From Chrysomallon squamiferum (taxonomy: Eukaryota; Animalia; Mollusca): DNA of 64,000 bases. The stretch covers positions 47,926,001-47,990,000 of the forward strand of contig CM022665.1 of NCBI GenBank assembly GCA_012295275.1, read 5' to 3'. Below are positions 30,674 to 44,879 of the stretch, piece by piece. Under the pieces are notes generated by a model, which saw nothing but the letters and a program-made list of their open reading frames with translations, was not told the DNA's origin and searched no databases. Positions within the stretch are counted from its first letter, which is position 1. Each line of letters opens with the position of its first letter. The position numbers and the translations under genes were made by a program.

Positions 30674-31005
30674 ACTTCCGCTTCCGCGTAGTATTCTGTT
30701 ATTTTAAATTCCTCTCATTACTGTCGTTTAAGTGATTCGAGTGTTAGATGTAGTGAAACATGAAAACAATTAGGAAAAATATATTTGATTACTGTTTGGC
30801 ATTCCCTTTTTTTTATGATTTACGTGAAACCTACACATTTTTTTTTTTTTTTTTTTTTTAAATTGATTTTATGGTCATATTTTATTAAATTTGCAATAAT
30901 CGACAATAATGATGCCCCTCTCTTGAAACGTCACGATAAAGCTAACAAACTATTATGTAGCACAACGTCACACAAGTTCCATGGAAAGCATTTCGCCATG
31001 GTAAC
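30674..31005 (-). promoter_or_regulatory. Putative TMEM50 promoter: tandem ETS-like motif and RFX X-box-like site
   Basis: acttccgcttccgc at ~30674 (GCGGAAGCGGAAGT on minus); ttcgccatggtaac at ~30992. Confidence 0.4.
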
Positions 31006-31491
31006 ATTGAGTAACACGCCTAGTAATGGCAGCCGTAAGTAATCGAATTATTTACACCACTGTATAAGTTTTTCATCTACTATTTCCAGATGAAGGGAGA
31101 TAACTTATCGGATTTTAAAAGTGGATTTTAAAATCTTATTATTTCTCTTAGTTAATAATATTGTTTAAAAGGATATCAAATTTGCTTACAGAATATATTA
31201 GGCACTTGCGTTGTCACATACATAAACCTGCTTGCACTCAAAAATAATATTATACATACAAATATTACACTCTTATTATAAACATGTGAACAAATTATAT
31301 ACTTACAGTATGTATACTGACCAGTATACACAGTATATATGTATGCAAACGCAGGTACGTTCATGCAAAAGGTTCACACAAATATGCTTGAGTGTTTGTA
31401 TATGCAGTACCTCTGTGTTTCAGAAGGTATTATAAGTTTTCTTTCTTTTTATTTTTACCCTTACTTTCTTCTTCTTCTTCTTCTTCTTCTT

Positions 31492-31522
<31 letters not shown>

Positions 31523-32044
31523 TTATTATTATTATTATTTTTATTTTTATTTTTATTTTTAATTTTTTTTTTTTATCATTAGTAGTAATAGTAACAAAAA
31601 CAGGGGTAATGTTACTATGGCGGTACTAGTGATGAATTTATGTACACTGATACTATATAAGGTATACTACTACTATTAAGAATGTTCTTCATCAAGACAA
31701 TAAAATAATGTTATTCTCAAACATAGTAGTAGTAGTACTAGTAGTAGTATAGTAGTAGTAGTAGTATATTAAACTATGTTTGTTTTTTTTTTTTTTTTTT
31801 TTCTTAAATGCTTATAAAACAGTATTTCTGATATACGTTAAAAACCATAAAAACCACGTAATTACATTTAACAGTTTTTAAATTTAAATTCTAATAGCGC
31901 TTATAGTTAGCAATGTTCTGATGGTGACTTCAGTGCAGTGGTCGACGTCGATCCCTCGGAGTCGATGTAGCTGCCAAGGCGTCAGTAATCTTTTGATCTT
32001 TTAAATATTTCTGTAATTATCAGAGTTCGATAGTCTGCCTTAAT

Positions 32045-32620
32045 GCAACATTTAGTTAACAATGTTCTGATTTACATTTCACTGGAACATTTAGTTAACA
32101 GTGTTCTGATTTACATTTCACTGGAACATTTAGTTAACAGTGTTCTGATTTACATTTCACTGAAACATTTAGTTAACAGTGTTCTGATTTACATTTCACT
32201 GGAACATTTAGTTAACAATGTTCTGATTTACATTTCACTGGAACATTTAGTTAACAATGTTCTGATTTACATTTCACTGGAACATTTAGTTAACAATGTT
32301 CTGATTTACATTTCACTGGAACATTTAGTTAACAATGTTCTGATTTACATTTCACTGGAACATTTAGTTAACAGTGTTCTGATTTACATTTCACTTGAAC
32401 ATTTAGTTAACAATATTCTGATTTACATTTCACTTGAACATTGAGTTAACAGTGTTCTGATTTACATTTCACTCGAACATTTGGTTAACAGTGTTCTGAT
32501 TTACATTTCACTGGAACATTTAGTTAACAGTGTTCTGATTTACATTTCTCTGAAACATTTAGTTAACAGTGTTCTGATTTACATTTCACTGGAACATTTA
32601 GTTAACAGTGTTCTGAATAA
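32045..32620. repeat. 39-bp minisatellite (~15 copies)
   Basis: gaacatttagttaacagtgttctgatttacatttcactg; source of the 13-aa repeat ORF. Confidence 0.95.
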
Positions 32621-33064
32621 CAATACTGATCAACAAACGAATATGTAATTTTATCGCTAACAATATTCACTGTGTTTATTTCATTTCAGTGACACAAAGA
32701 TAATAACTGAACATTTCTCAGTTAACAGTGTTCTGTTTATTTCATTTCGCTAGTGTCACAGAACATTTGTGTTTATTTCAGTGTTCGCTAGTGACACAGA
32801 TTTCACATTTTTATTTCTCAGGAACATTTAGTTAACAGTATCACTGTTTATTTCTCAGATTTCACTGTAATTTTCTCTGAAACATTTAGTTAACAGTGTT
32901 CTGATATCACATTTCAGATATCACTAGTGAACTTTTAGTTAACAGTGTTCTGATTTTCTCAGGTATTTGTCTATCACTGAAACATTTCACTAGTTAACAA
33001 AGTATCACTGTATTTACATTTATCGCTAGGAACAAAGATTTAGTTAATTACAGTATCGTTCTGA

Positions 33065-33460
33065 AAGATATCACTGTAATTACTTCTCAGATATCACTAG
33101 TGACACAAAGATATCACTGTAATTACTTCTCAGGTATCGCTAGTGTCACAAAGATATCACTGTAATTACTTCTCATGTATCGCTAATGTCACAAAGATAT
33201 CACTGTAATTACTTCTCAGTTATCGCTAGTGTCACAGAGATATCACTGTGTTTATTTCTCAGGTATCGCTAGTGTCACAAAGATATCACTGTGTTTATTT
33301 TTCAGGTATCGCTAGTGACACAAAGATATCACTGTAATTAATTCTCAGTTATCGCTATTGTCACAGAGATATCACTGTGTTTGTTTCTCAGGTATCGCTA
33401 GTGACACAGAGATATCACTGTGTTTATTTCTCAGGTATCAGTAGTTTCACAGAGATATCA
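33065..33460. repeat. 43-bp minisatellite (~9 copies)
   Basis: atatcactgtaattacttctcaggtatcgctagtgtcacaaag at 33111, 33154... Confidence 0.92.
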
Positions 33461-34149
33461 CAGAAATAATTTATCCGGTATCATGAAGGAGACTCGCGCG
33501 GGTTCACTCGAGCAGTTTCGGGCTCGAATCTCGCCACGAGCTCCTAGAGACGACTGAGGCGTCACAATCCCAGATCGTCGCTCGTTTTCCCCAGCACTTA
33601 TTAGAAGGTAATGAAGCATCGCGCGTGATGGGTCTGCACGCAGAGAGCACGCGGTGAGCACGCGGTGAGCGCGAGATATGATACCGCATCACGGTTTGTC
33701 ACACAGACGAACCACAGCTTTATGAATGTCGGCTGGTTTTTCAGCAAACGTGTAGAAGATTTTAAACATCATTAAAACGTGTTCATCACGTCCGCCGGAT
33801 CGTGAAATTATGCGTCATTTAGCGGATCCCCACTGTCCACGGTCGCTCGTTTATGAGCCTGTCAGACAAAACACTGTTCTCCCATTCATCGGAAACCGAC
33901 CACGTCATTATACAAATGATGTTTTGGCTCACCAATCTATAAAGAAAAAGATCAAACTTTTTTTTTTATTATTGGGAAGTCTCCACAAAAGTCCGATGTG
34001 GTGTGTAAACACTGTGGTATTCTGTTTCTGTGCGCGTTCATCAGTCAAATCCACTTCTGTGTCCCCTGCAGTTCCAACCAACATTAACAAGTTGTGTGTG
34101 TCTGGGCGTGTCCCACAGTGACCAACAGTAGTGTGCTAGCTAAACAAAC

Positions 34150-34930
34150 TGTCAGTAAATAAACAAGTTAATCTGTATAACTAAATTACTTGACTTTAAA
34201 TAAGCAAGTTAATATTGTGTAACTAAATTACTTGACTTTAAATAAGCAAGTTAATACTGTGTAACTAAATTATTTGATAGTAATTAAACAAGTTAATACT
34301 GTGTAACTAAATTACTTGATAGTAATTAAACAAGTTAATAAAGTGTAACTAAATTACTTGATAGTAATTAAGCAAGTTAATACTGTGTAACTACTTGATA
34401 GTAATTAAACAAGTTAATACTGTGTAACTAAATTACTGACAGTAAATAAACAAGTTAATCTGTATAACTAAATTACTTGACTTTAAATAAGCAAGTTAAT
34501 ACTGTGTAACTAAATTACTGACAGTAAATAAACAAGTTAATACTGTGTAACTAAATTACTGACAGTAAATAAACAAGTTATTACTGAGTAAAAAAATTAC
34601 TGATAGTAAATACACAAGTTAGTAGTGTGTAACTAAATTACTGACAGTAAATAAACAAGTTAATACTGTGTAACTAAATTACTGACAGTAAATAAACAAG
34701 TTATTACTGAGTAAAAAAATTACTGATAGTAAATACACAAGTTAGTAGTGTGTAACTAAATTACTGACAGTAAATAAACAAGTTAATACTGTGTAACTAT
34801 ATTACTGACAGTAATTAAACAAGTTAATACTGTGTAACTATATTACTTGATAGTAAATAAGCAAATTAGAACTACGTAACAAAACAAACTGACAGTAATT
34901 AAACAAGTTAATACTCTATAACTAAACAGT
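34150..34930. repeat. ~40-42-bp minisatellite (~19 copies)
   Basis: aaacaagttaatactgtgtaactaaattactgacagtaaat repeated. Confidence 0.92.
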
Positions 34931-35436
34931 CTGACAATATTTAAACATTTCTGTCTGTGTGTGCGTGCATGCGCATCTATGATGTGTGCGCGCACGCGCT
35001 CTCTTCAAAGCCTGGTGAGTTTGGCTGGAAAGTGTGGGGTAATTAGGCTACGTGAGGTTAAAAGCTGTCACTACGTGAAATGTTTCCTGGGGCAGTGCGC
35101 TCACAAAGTCGGCGATGAAAATGTTTCAAATTAATTCTGCCTCAGATCACTGTAATTTTCATCTGATTCACGTGTTTCAATGGGAAGGCGCGATTCTGTG
35201 GACGTGCTGTTTGATCTCCTGTTAGTTACAGCGGGATGCGGCTGACCTCTGGCGGAGTTTCTGACCTGTCGTCTGCCAGTTTGTTCAGATCTGCGGCTGA
35301 CGTCTGCCCTAGTCTCGAGTCAAGTCCAAGCTTTGTTCACGCGATAAAGACAACAGGAAGGTTTTTATTATCTTACCCTAAACTCTCACCACTGACAAAT
35401 ATCAAAGCAAGAAGTCCAGGTATTACTAAATATGAG

Positions 35437-35757
35437 ACACACATTAATATCTCTTTTATACGTGATGTATACAAGATTTAACTGATTACCAACACACACA
35501 CACACACACACACACATTAATATCTCTTTTATACGTGATGTATACAAGATTTAACTGATTACCAACACACACACACACACACACACACACATTAATATCT
35601 CTTTTATACGTGATGTATACAAGATTTAACTGATTACCAACACACACACACACACACATACACACACACAAACACACACACACACACATTAATATCTTTT
35701 TTATACGTGATGTATACAAGATTTAACTGATTACCAACACACACACACACACACACA
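35437..35757. repeat. ~75-bp tandem repeat with embedded (CA)n (4 copies)
   Basis: cacattaatatctcttttatacgtgatgtatacaagatttaactgattaccaa(ca)n. Confidence 0.92.
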
Positions 35758-35870
35758 TGTCCATCAAATGGTATAGTTAGCCTTTATATAGCTCTATAAG
35801 CACATCTATATACAGATATATAAAAGTGTATGTGTTTGTGTGTCTATATATCTGTGTATATATATATATA

Positions 35871-36140
35871 CAGCTTTATCATTTATTGGTACTATTCAGG
35901 TGCCTATTTCTAACTGTAAGCAAGTTTTCGGAAATAATTTTATCACAGGTCATTATATGTCTATCGAAAGGTATATTTAGCTTTCCATATATGTATTTAT
36001 AGATATACTTTTGTATACATAAAGGCTAAATATACCTTTCGATGGACATATATATATATATATTATAATGATAAATTTATCTTTGAAAGAGTGCCTGCAG
36101 TTAGAAATAATCAACTGAATACCGGTAAATGATAAAGCTG
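35871..36140. mobile_element. 270-bp foldback/MITE-like element
   Basis: Ends cagctttatcattta...taaatgataaagctg are inverted; inner arms tatgtctatcgaaaggtatatttagc / gctaaatatacctttcgatggacata are inverted; flanked by (TA)n/(TG)n. Confidence 0.7.
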
Positions 36141-37954
36141 TGTGTATGTAAATGATGCAGTCTGTATGCAGTGCACATTACATGCGTGCTTAAATGGTTA
36201 TGTTACTGTAGTTTACTGGAGATGACTTTGTGTGAATTAAGTGTCAAACTGCTCCTGGCTAAACGTTCATTAGAGACTGGCACACCACAAAGCCTCGTTT
36301 CAGCAAGCGACAAACACTCGTGTTTCAGCAATCTCACTGGCAACGTCATTTTTATAATCGAATTTTATTCCTTACAACATTTCTTGTGAAGAGTCAACTT
36401 TCCACAGCGGTGACTGTAGCCTGCAGTGACAGAAGGGTAATTTGAGGTGTATCTCAATTAGCTTCATTTAGCTCACTACCACTGTCACACTGTGAGTTCT
36501 CTCTGCTCACAAGATGGCAGACTGGAGAAGTGCTTCTTCGCACAAAGTCCACGTAACAAACAAATAAAAAAGCCCACTTGAAAGTGACACGTGTGCTTCT
36601 TGTTTGAAACACATCAGTGTAAACTTCTTTCTCATATATAAGTCGTGCTACCACTTTAATTCGCAAGCCAAGGGCTGCCATTTTTGTTTTCTTTCTATTA
36701 ACTTCATCCTTGATACCATTTCCAATGAAAATTTATTCCCGTCCTTATTTCTACATTAATTTGAGTATCATTTCTGCAGTAATAAAAGCGGAAATGTTTG
36801 GATACTGTTTTTATTTCACTTTTAAAACTGTAATAATAATAACATATAGCAAAGATATTTCACTTTGTGCGTGAACAACTAATGATGAACTGATGCTAAT
36901 ATACCAAACCGAACACTGTCAGTGAAAACACATTAGTCACGTGATATTTTTGTTCTTGATTTTCAGCCACGATTTTTGTAATTCGTAGCGAGGTTTCAAA
37001 AGAGCAAATTTACTATTATTTTTTACTATTTCTTATTATGTAACCATGTTATTTATATTAGTAACTACTATTATGTGACCATGTTATTTATAGATTTGTT
37101 GTGTTACGATTATGTAGATAGTTTTTACGTTCTTTACAATAGCCAGCATACCTTCGTCAGTTGTTAACTTTTTTGTTATTTTTATTTATGTTTTTTACCT
37201 TCTACCGTTAAAAAAAAGAACTTACCAAAGAAATATGTATAGATACTGTGTGCTGTCACCGCCAGGTGGCAGCACATGTTTACGTAGCCGAGTGAAATCT
37301 GAGGTGATACGAGGCATTGAAAACGGAGGCGAGTGCATTACTTTTATTGCTTTATTTATTAAAACGTGTAAATTGCCACCTGATAAAAAAAGAAAGAAGC
37401 CTAGTTTGTTTCAATCAGTGCTGTGCTATATCTGACACGACGCCGTTTACACTGAGAAATGATGTGAAAAAGTAACCCAACACTCGAGTGTAACGTGTAT
37501 TCAAGTGATTTATAAAACTCTACATTTTTTGCATGTTTTACTTTTTACACTGATATCGTCAGAGTTATTGTTCGTTTTTTTCTTTTCTTTTCTTTTTATT
37601 AAACTGATATTTGCTGTGCCCCATACAGCTAACTAACGTCTGTTTTAAAACACAATGTCTCCTGGCATAACAGAATTAAACAATCTTTATATTTTATCCT
37701 ACAAGCTTATTATCTGAAATATTATCCCCACTCTTCTGTTTATTCACCCGTTCTAATTATTGTCTCGTATTGTATATCTCAAACTATTATAATTATAATG
37801 TGTCTGCATTAACTTTACTGTCGTTCAGATTCTGTTGTGTCGTAAAGCAAGCTTTACATCGTGAACTACGTCACTAAAACATTACTGGTTGTAAACCTAA
37901 ACATACAGACAGCGTGCTTTTATAGTGATTATTTATTTATTATCATCAACAACA

Positions 37955-38238
37955 TTGCTATTAATACTGCTACTACAATTAGTACAACTACTACTGATAC
38001 TGCTGCTAATACTACTACTACTGCTACAACTACTACTGCTACTGCTGCTATTGCTAATACTACTGCTATTGCTAATACTACTGCTATTACTATTACTACT
38101 ATTACTACTGTACTGCTGCTATTACTGCTACTGCTACTACTGTTAGTATTATGATTATTATTATTTTTATTAATATTATTATTATTAATAATATTCTCGG
38201 AAATAGCATTACTAATAATGGTGGACGCTGTAAATTAA

Positions 38239-38288
<50 letters not shown>

Positions 38289-38300
38289 TAATAATAAAAA
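37955..38300. repeat. Compound trinucleotide microsatellite (CTA/CTG/TTA/AAT)
   Basis: Direct inspection. Confidence 0.85.
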
Positions 38301-38825
38301 TAGAAAAGGAAAGAAAAGATTACATAAGAAAGCTAAATGTGAATTGATTAAATATAATATTTTTATCCCTGTAATTCCTATTACGTCATTGTTATTAAAT
38401 CACAGCCTTTGAACGACTGAAAAGATTTAAACAGAAATAGTAATGCATTTATTGCGCATGAGAGGACACTTTTTTAACTGTGGCCATCTTGTGCACATGT
38501 TGCGTCCAGAGAGATGGTCAGCGTGCTGGTCAGGGTGTGAGAGACACAAAGACAAGAAGCGACTGTTTCAGCTACACACCTCAACAGTTTATCAAGTTTA
38601 ATCACCGACACGAAGACCTGTTCTTTCAGTCGAGAAATTCTCTCGGCCATTCATCACGCCCAATATCATCTTCTGAAAAAGCACTTGAAAAGAGGCTGAC
38701 CACTACATCATCTGTCCCCTGACCACTGAGACCTCTCGCCAGGGTGCGCTCTGCAGGTCACCTCTTCGACACGGGGCAGAAGGCAGAAGCAGACAGATCC
38801 AATTATCATTGCGTCATGATTCCTT

Positions 38826-41115
38826 CTTTATCATGTCAGTGTTATAACTATCTCTCTTTATCATTACACAGAGTGTTATAACTACCTCTCTTTATCATTA
38901 CACAGTGTTATAACTATCTCTCTTTATCATTACACAGTGTTATAACTATCTCTCTTTATCATTACACAGTGTTATAACTATCTCTCTTTATCATTACACA
39001 GTGTTATAACTATCTCTCTTTATCATTACACAGTGTTATAACTATCTCTCTTTATCATTACACAGTGTTATAACTATCTCTCTTTATCATTACACAGTGT
39101 TATAACTATCTCTCTTTATCATTACACAGTGTTATAACTATCTCTCTTTATCATTACACAGTGTTATAACTATCTCTTTTTATCATTACACAGTGTTATA
39201 ACTATCTCTCTTTATCATTACACAGTGTTATAACTATCTCTCTTTATCATTACACAGTGTTATAACTATCTCTCTTTATCATTACACACTGTTATAACTA
39301 TCTCTCTTTATCATTACACAGTGTTATAACTATCTCTCTTTATCGTTACTCAGAGTTATAACTATCTCTCTTTATCATTACACAGTGTTATAACTATCTC
39401 TCTTTATCATTACACACTGTTATAACTATCTCTCTTTATCATTACACACTGTTATAACTATCTCTCTTTATCATTACACAGTGTTATAACTATCTCTCTT
39501 TATCATTACACAGTGTTATAACTATCTCTCTTTATCATTACACAGTGTTATAACTATCTCTCTTTATCATTACACAGTGTTATAACTATCTCTCTTTATC
39601 ATTACACAGTGTTATAACTATCTCTTTTTATCATTACACAGTGTTATAACTATCTCTCTTTATCATTACACAGTGTTATAACTATCTCTCTTTATCATTA
39701 CACAGTGTTATAACTATCTCTTTTTATCATTACACAGTGTTATAACTACCTCTCTTTATCATTACACACTGTTATAACTATCTCTCTTTATCATTACACA
39801 GTGTTATAACTATCTCTCTTTATCATTACACACTGTTATAACTATCTCTCTTTATCGTTACACAGTGTTATAACTATCTCTTTTTATCGTTACTTATAAC
39901 TATCTCTTTTATCATTACACAGTGTTATAACTATCTCTTTTATCATTACACACTGTTATAACTATCTCTCTTTATCATTACACACTGTTATAACTATCTC
40001 TCTTTATCATTACACACTGTTATAACTATCTCTCTTTATCATTACACACTGTTATAACTATCTCTCTTTATCATTACACACTGTTATAACTATCTCTCTT
40101 TATCATTACACACTGTTATAACTATCTCTCTTTATCATTACACAGTGTTATAACTATCTCTTTTATCATTACACACTGTTATAACTATCTCTCTTTATCA
40201 TTACACAGTGTTATAACTATATCATTACACACTGTTATAACTATCTCTCTTTATCGTTACTCAGAGTTATAACTATCTCTCTTTATCATTACACAGTGTT
40301 ATAACTATCTCTCTTTATCATTACACAGTGTTATAACTACCTCTCTTTATCGTTACACAGTGTTATAACTATCTCTCTTTATCGTTACACAGTGTTATAA
40401 CTATCTTTCTTTATCATTACACAGTGTTATAACTATCTCTCTTTATCATTACACAGTGCTATAACTATCTCTCTTTGTCATTACACAGTGTTATAACTAT
40501 CTTTCTTTATCATTACACAGTGTTATAACTATCTCTCTTTATCGTTACACAGTGTTATAACTATCTCTCTTTATCGTTACACAGTGTTATAACTATCTCT
40601 CTTTATCATTACTCAGTGTTATAACTATCTTTCTTTATCGTCAGTGTTATAACTATCTCTCTTTATCATTACACACTGTTATAACTATCTCTCTTTATCG
40701 TTACACACTGTTATAACTATCTATCTTTATCATTACACAGTGCTATAACTATCTTTCTTTATCATTACACATTGTTATAACTATCTTTCTTTATCATTAC
40801 ACAGTGTTATAACTATCTCTCTTTATCATTACACAGTGCTATAACTATCTTTCTTTATCCAGTCAGTGTTATAACTATCTCTTTTTATCATTACACAGTG
40901 TTATAACTATCTCTCTTTATCATTACACAGTGTTATAATTATCTTTATCATTACACAGTGTCATAACTATCTTTCTTTATCATTACATAATGTTATAATT
41001 ATCTATCTTTATTATTACATAATGTTGTAACTATCTTTCTTTATCATTAAACAGTGTTATAACTATCTATCTGTATCATTAGATAATGTTATAATTATCT
41101 TTCTTTATCATTACA
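38826..41115. repeat. 32-bp minisatellite (~70 copies, 2.3 kb)
   Basis: cagtgttataactatctctctttatcattaca; diverges toward the right end. Confidence 0.97.
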
Positions 41116-42937
41116 GAATTTTACATTTGCATGTGTATGTCGTCTAACTATCCACCATTCTTGTTTTTTATTTATTTTATTTATTTTTTTATATTTATTT
41201 ATTTAGTTAGTTAGTTAGTTAGTTATTTTATTATATTTATTTTATTTTATTTATTTATTTTATTTATTTATATTTAGTTATTTTATTTAGTTAGTTAGTT
41301 ATTTTATTATATTTATTTTATTTTATTTATTTATTTTATATATTTATAATTAAAATAATATCTTTGATCAATACTCTGTAACAAAACCTCAGTAAACAGA
41401 CTGTTAAAAAATAAACCAGAATGTATCATATTGAAATGATAATGTCTACTCTTTGTAAAAATCTCTTTAACTGTGGCGTGTGGAGTTATCACAGAGGATT
41501 AGATCGGGTTTCACTTTGTACGAGCGACTTGTTCTTTTATTAGAAGTGTCGGGGATGTCTTCAGGGCATATTTTGTGTCGATTCTGAACGTTCACCAAAT
41601 AACAGCCCTTAAATAATGATTAAACCATCTGTTTGTTGAAAAATATTACACGTTAATGTCTCGCGGGCAAACGTCCAATCAGAAAGACAGTTGAATGCTT
41701 AAAAGAAAACATCCAGCCGCTTTGCGCCTGCGCAGTGGCCATGACAACAAAGAGGGCTGGAGTAAGACAGATGTTTGAAGAAGAAAATGTACTGTTTTCC
41801 TTCAGTAATTTGCCGGGTTAGAAGAACCTGTCACGTGACTGACGTGTCATTTTCACGGATAATTCATGCGCTGCTTCTAGACGTTTTGTCAAACGTTCTT
41901 CCTTTCATTTCTTAACGACAAACGTTCCCAAGTCAAATGTTCCTTTTTCAGTCAACCAGAGTCCACCGTTTACCTTGATACAATAATTAATCTCTTTATT
42001 TAATGTTATCGCTGCTGTTTGTAGTTTATGTACGTCATTGATGTGTCACTGTATACTGTACTTGTTTAATGTAGCATTATACTTAGTAAAACAGGTTATA
42101 AATTGTTAAACTGGTAAAACCCACGTGATGTATTTGTAAAAGAGGTTTTTCATTCTTTCTTTTACGTGTTTATTTTATTATTTTTTTTTTTTTTTTTTTT
42201 TTTTTTCAGTTATTTATTTTACAAAATACTATATTATTATAGTGTCTTCTGAATGATAAAATTCAAATCAAAGACTACACAGTGATGTATGTGCAAACAT
42301 TGTATTGTAAAATGTAATAATACGCGTTTTAACTGTAAGTTATTGTTCAACATATTGTTATCTGTATTCGCAAACTATGTACGCCATTTTAGTATTTGTA
42401 AAATAAATGAAGATGTGTATAACGTGAGGTGAAGGGTTGAACTTATAAAACATGTATTAAACGTTTCTGTTTTTAACTATGACAAGTTGATACTCTGTAT
42501 TCTTGTGTTTCTATTATTACCGTGACAGTAACATACAAATGTCCATTTGTAAACTTCATCTAATGTTTCATTTAAAACTATTTATTTCTGTACTTAAATT
42601 ATTATGTTGACAATAATATGCTAATGTTCCATTTGAAATTTTTCTTCTAATGTTTCATTTAAAACTATTTAACAAATTAAAGTTCTGTTTAGAAGTACTT
42701 GTTATAATTATTACGTTGACAGTAAAATGTAGTTTAAAACTACGTGCTAACAGCAGCATTCTAACAGGCCGTTTGAAAATAATATGTTTCAATTACTCCA
42801 ATAACACACTGATGTTATGTTTGATAACTACTTGTTTAAATTATTACGCTGACAGTAAGATACTAATGTTCTTTTTTCAAAACCACGTGTTAAAATTATT
42901 ATACTGACGTTCTGTCTAAAACTATATGTTTTTGTCT

Positions 42938-44010
42938 TTAAATTATTACGTGGACAGTAACATGCTTTTAAAATTAAGTGTTGTTGTGTTTAAATTATTA
43001 CGTGGACAGTAACATGCTATTTAAAATTAAGTGTTGTTGTGTTTGTTACGTTAACATGCTTTGTTGTGTTTGTTACGTGGACAGTAACATGCTATTTAAA
43101 ATTAAGTGTTGTTGTGTTTGTTACGTGGACAGTAACATGGTATTTAAAATTAAGTGTTGTTGTGTTTGTTACGTGGACAGTAACATGCTATTTAAAATTA
43201 AGTGTTGTTGTGTTTAAATTATTACGTGGACAGTAACATGGTATTTAAAATTAAGTGTTGTTGTGTTTGTTACGTGGACAGTAACATGCTATTTAAAATT
43301 AAGTTTTAACATCTTAAGTGTTGTTGTGTTTGTTACGTGGACAGACGTACTTAAAATTAAGTGTTGTTTGCTATTTATGTTTAAGTGTTGTTGTGTTTAA
43401 ATTATTACGTGGACAGTAACATGGTATTTAAAATTAAGTGTTGTTGTGTTTGTTACGTGGACAGTAACATGCTATTTAAAATTAAGTGTTGTTGTGGTTG
43501 TTATGTGGACGTACTGGTGTTGTTTTATCTAAGTGTTGTTGTGGTTGTTATGTGGACGTACTGGTGTTGTTTTATCTAAGTGTTGTTGTGGTTGTTACGT
43601 GGACGTACTGGTGTTGTTTTATCTAAGTGTTGTTGTGGTTGTTACGTGGACGTACTGGTGTTGTTTTATCTAAGTGTTGTTGTGGTTGTTATGTGGACGT
43701 ACTGGTGTTGTTTTATCTAAGTGTTGTTGTGGTTGTTACGTGGACGTACTGGTGTTGTTTTATCTAAGTGTTGTTGTGGTTGTTACGTGGACGTACTGGT
43801 GTTGTTTTATCTAAGTGTTGTTGTGGTTGTTACGTGGACGTACTGGTGTTGTTTTATCTAAGTGTTGTTGTGGTTGTTACGTGGACGTACTGGTGTTGTT
43901 TTATCTAAGTGTTGTTGTGGTTGTTACGTGGACGTACTGGTGTTGTTTTATCTAAGTGTTGTTGTGGTTGTTACGTGGACGTACTGGTGTTGTTTTATCT
44001 AAGTGTTGCT
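42938..44010. repeat. Two abutting related minisatellites (48-bp then 47-bp units)
   Basis: gtggacagtaacatgctatttaaaattaagtgttgttgtgtttgttac (to ~43495), then gtggacgtactggtgttgttttatctaagtgttgttgtggttgttac. Confidence 0.93.
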
Positions 44011-44879
44011 GTGAGAGTCACTCAGTGGATGCGGTTGTTTATGATAAATTTCTGCTTTTCTCTCTGCAGGAAACTGCGTGTAAAAGAAGCCTTGATGCTT
44101 TCGATGAGCAGTCCACGTAATGACGTCACAAATCACTGATATAACGTTTTATAAAACTTGTTATTATACCACTGCGTGTGAATAAAATCATAACATATGG
44201 TTGTAAACAAAATATTAAGATCAGTCCTTTCATTCACAGGGAAATTGAAGTTCAAATCTGCAAATATTTACTGTTGCATTCACTGAAAAATATCGAGCCG
44301 TTAAAGCGATGAATTCATAAGGAAACGTGAAACTCTGTCAAAGGAAAAAACAACAACAACATCTTAATGTGTTGATCAAGGTAATTACAGGAGATAACTA
44401 TTTCCTGTAGTGTCGTCTTCATTCAGCATTTCAAGTGCCTGTCAGGATTCAGAGTGGTCGGCCCTTGCACTAGTCCTCTCCTCTCGAGAGGGCGCGAGCA
44501 AAGAAGAAGTCTAATTGAATCCATTGTCATCTGACTGGTTGTTTCACCCTGCCCCGGTTGTCAGCTCTGTAGAGCTTTCTCCAGAAAGACGTCGTGAAAG
44601 ACAAACATGGCGGTCTTTATCCTTAGAAAGGAAATTGTTGTATTAATAATCTCAGCTACAGCGTCTTGACAACATGAGCTTGTTTTCATTGACTGGCACA
44701 AAGCCAGCCTCCTCTCCATCAACTTACACGACAGTCACAACGTCCTTTAAGTGTCTGTATTAATAGCTTCCAGATGCACAAAAGTGTCTGTTCACTGATT
44801 TTTCTTTTTCTAAATGTTTTAAGTAGCTGAGATGAGAACAGTATAAATATATTTTTTATATACATTTCACCACTTCATC

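Noticed and set aside
32043-32444. 133-aa leucine-rich-looking ORF
   Set aside because: Translation of the 39-bp minisatellite.
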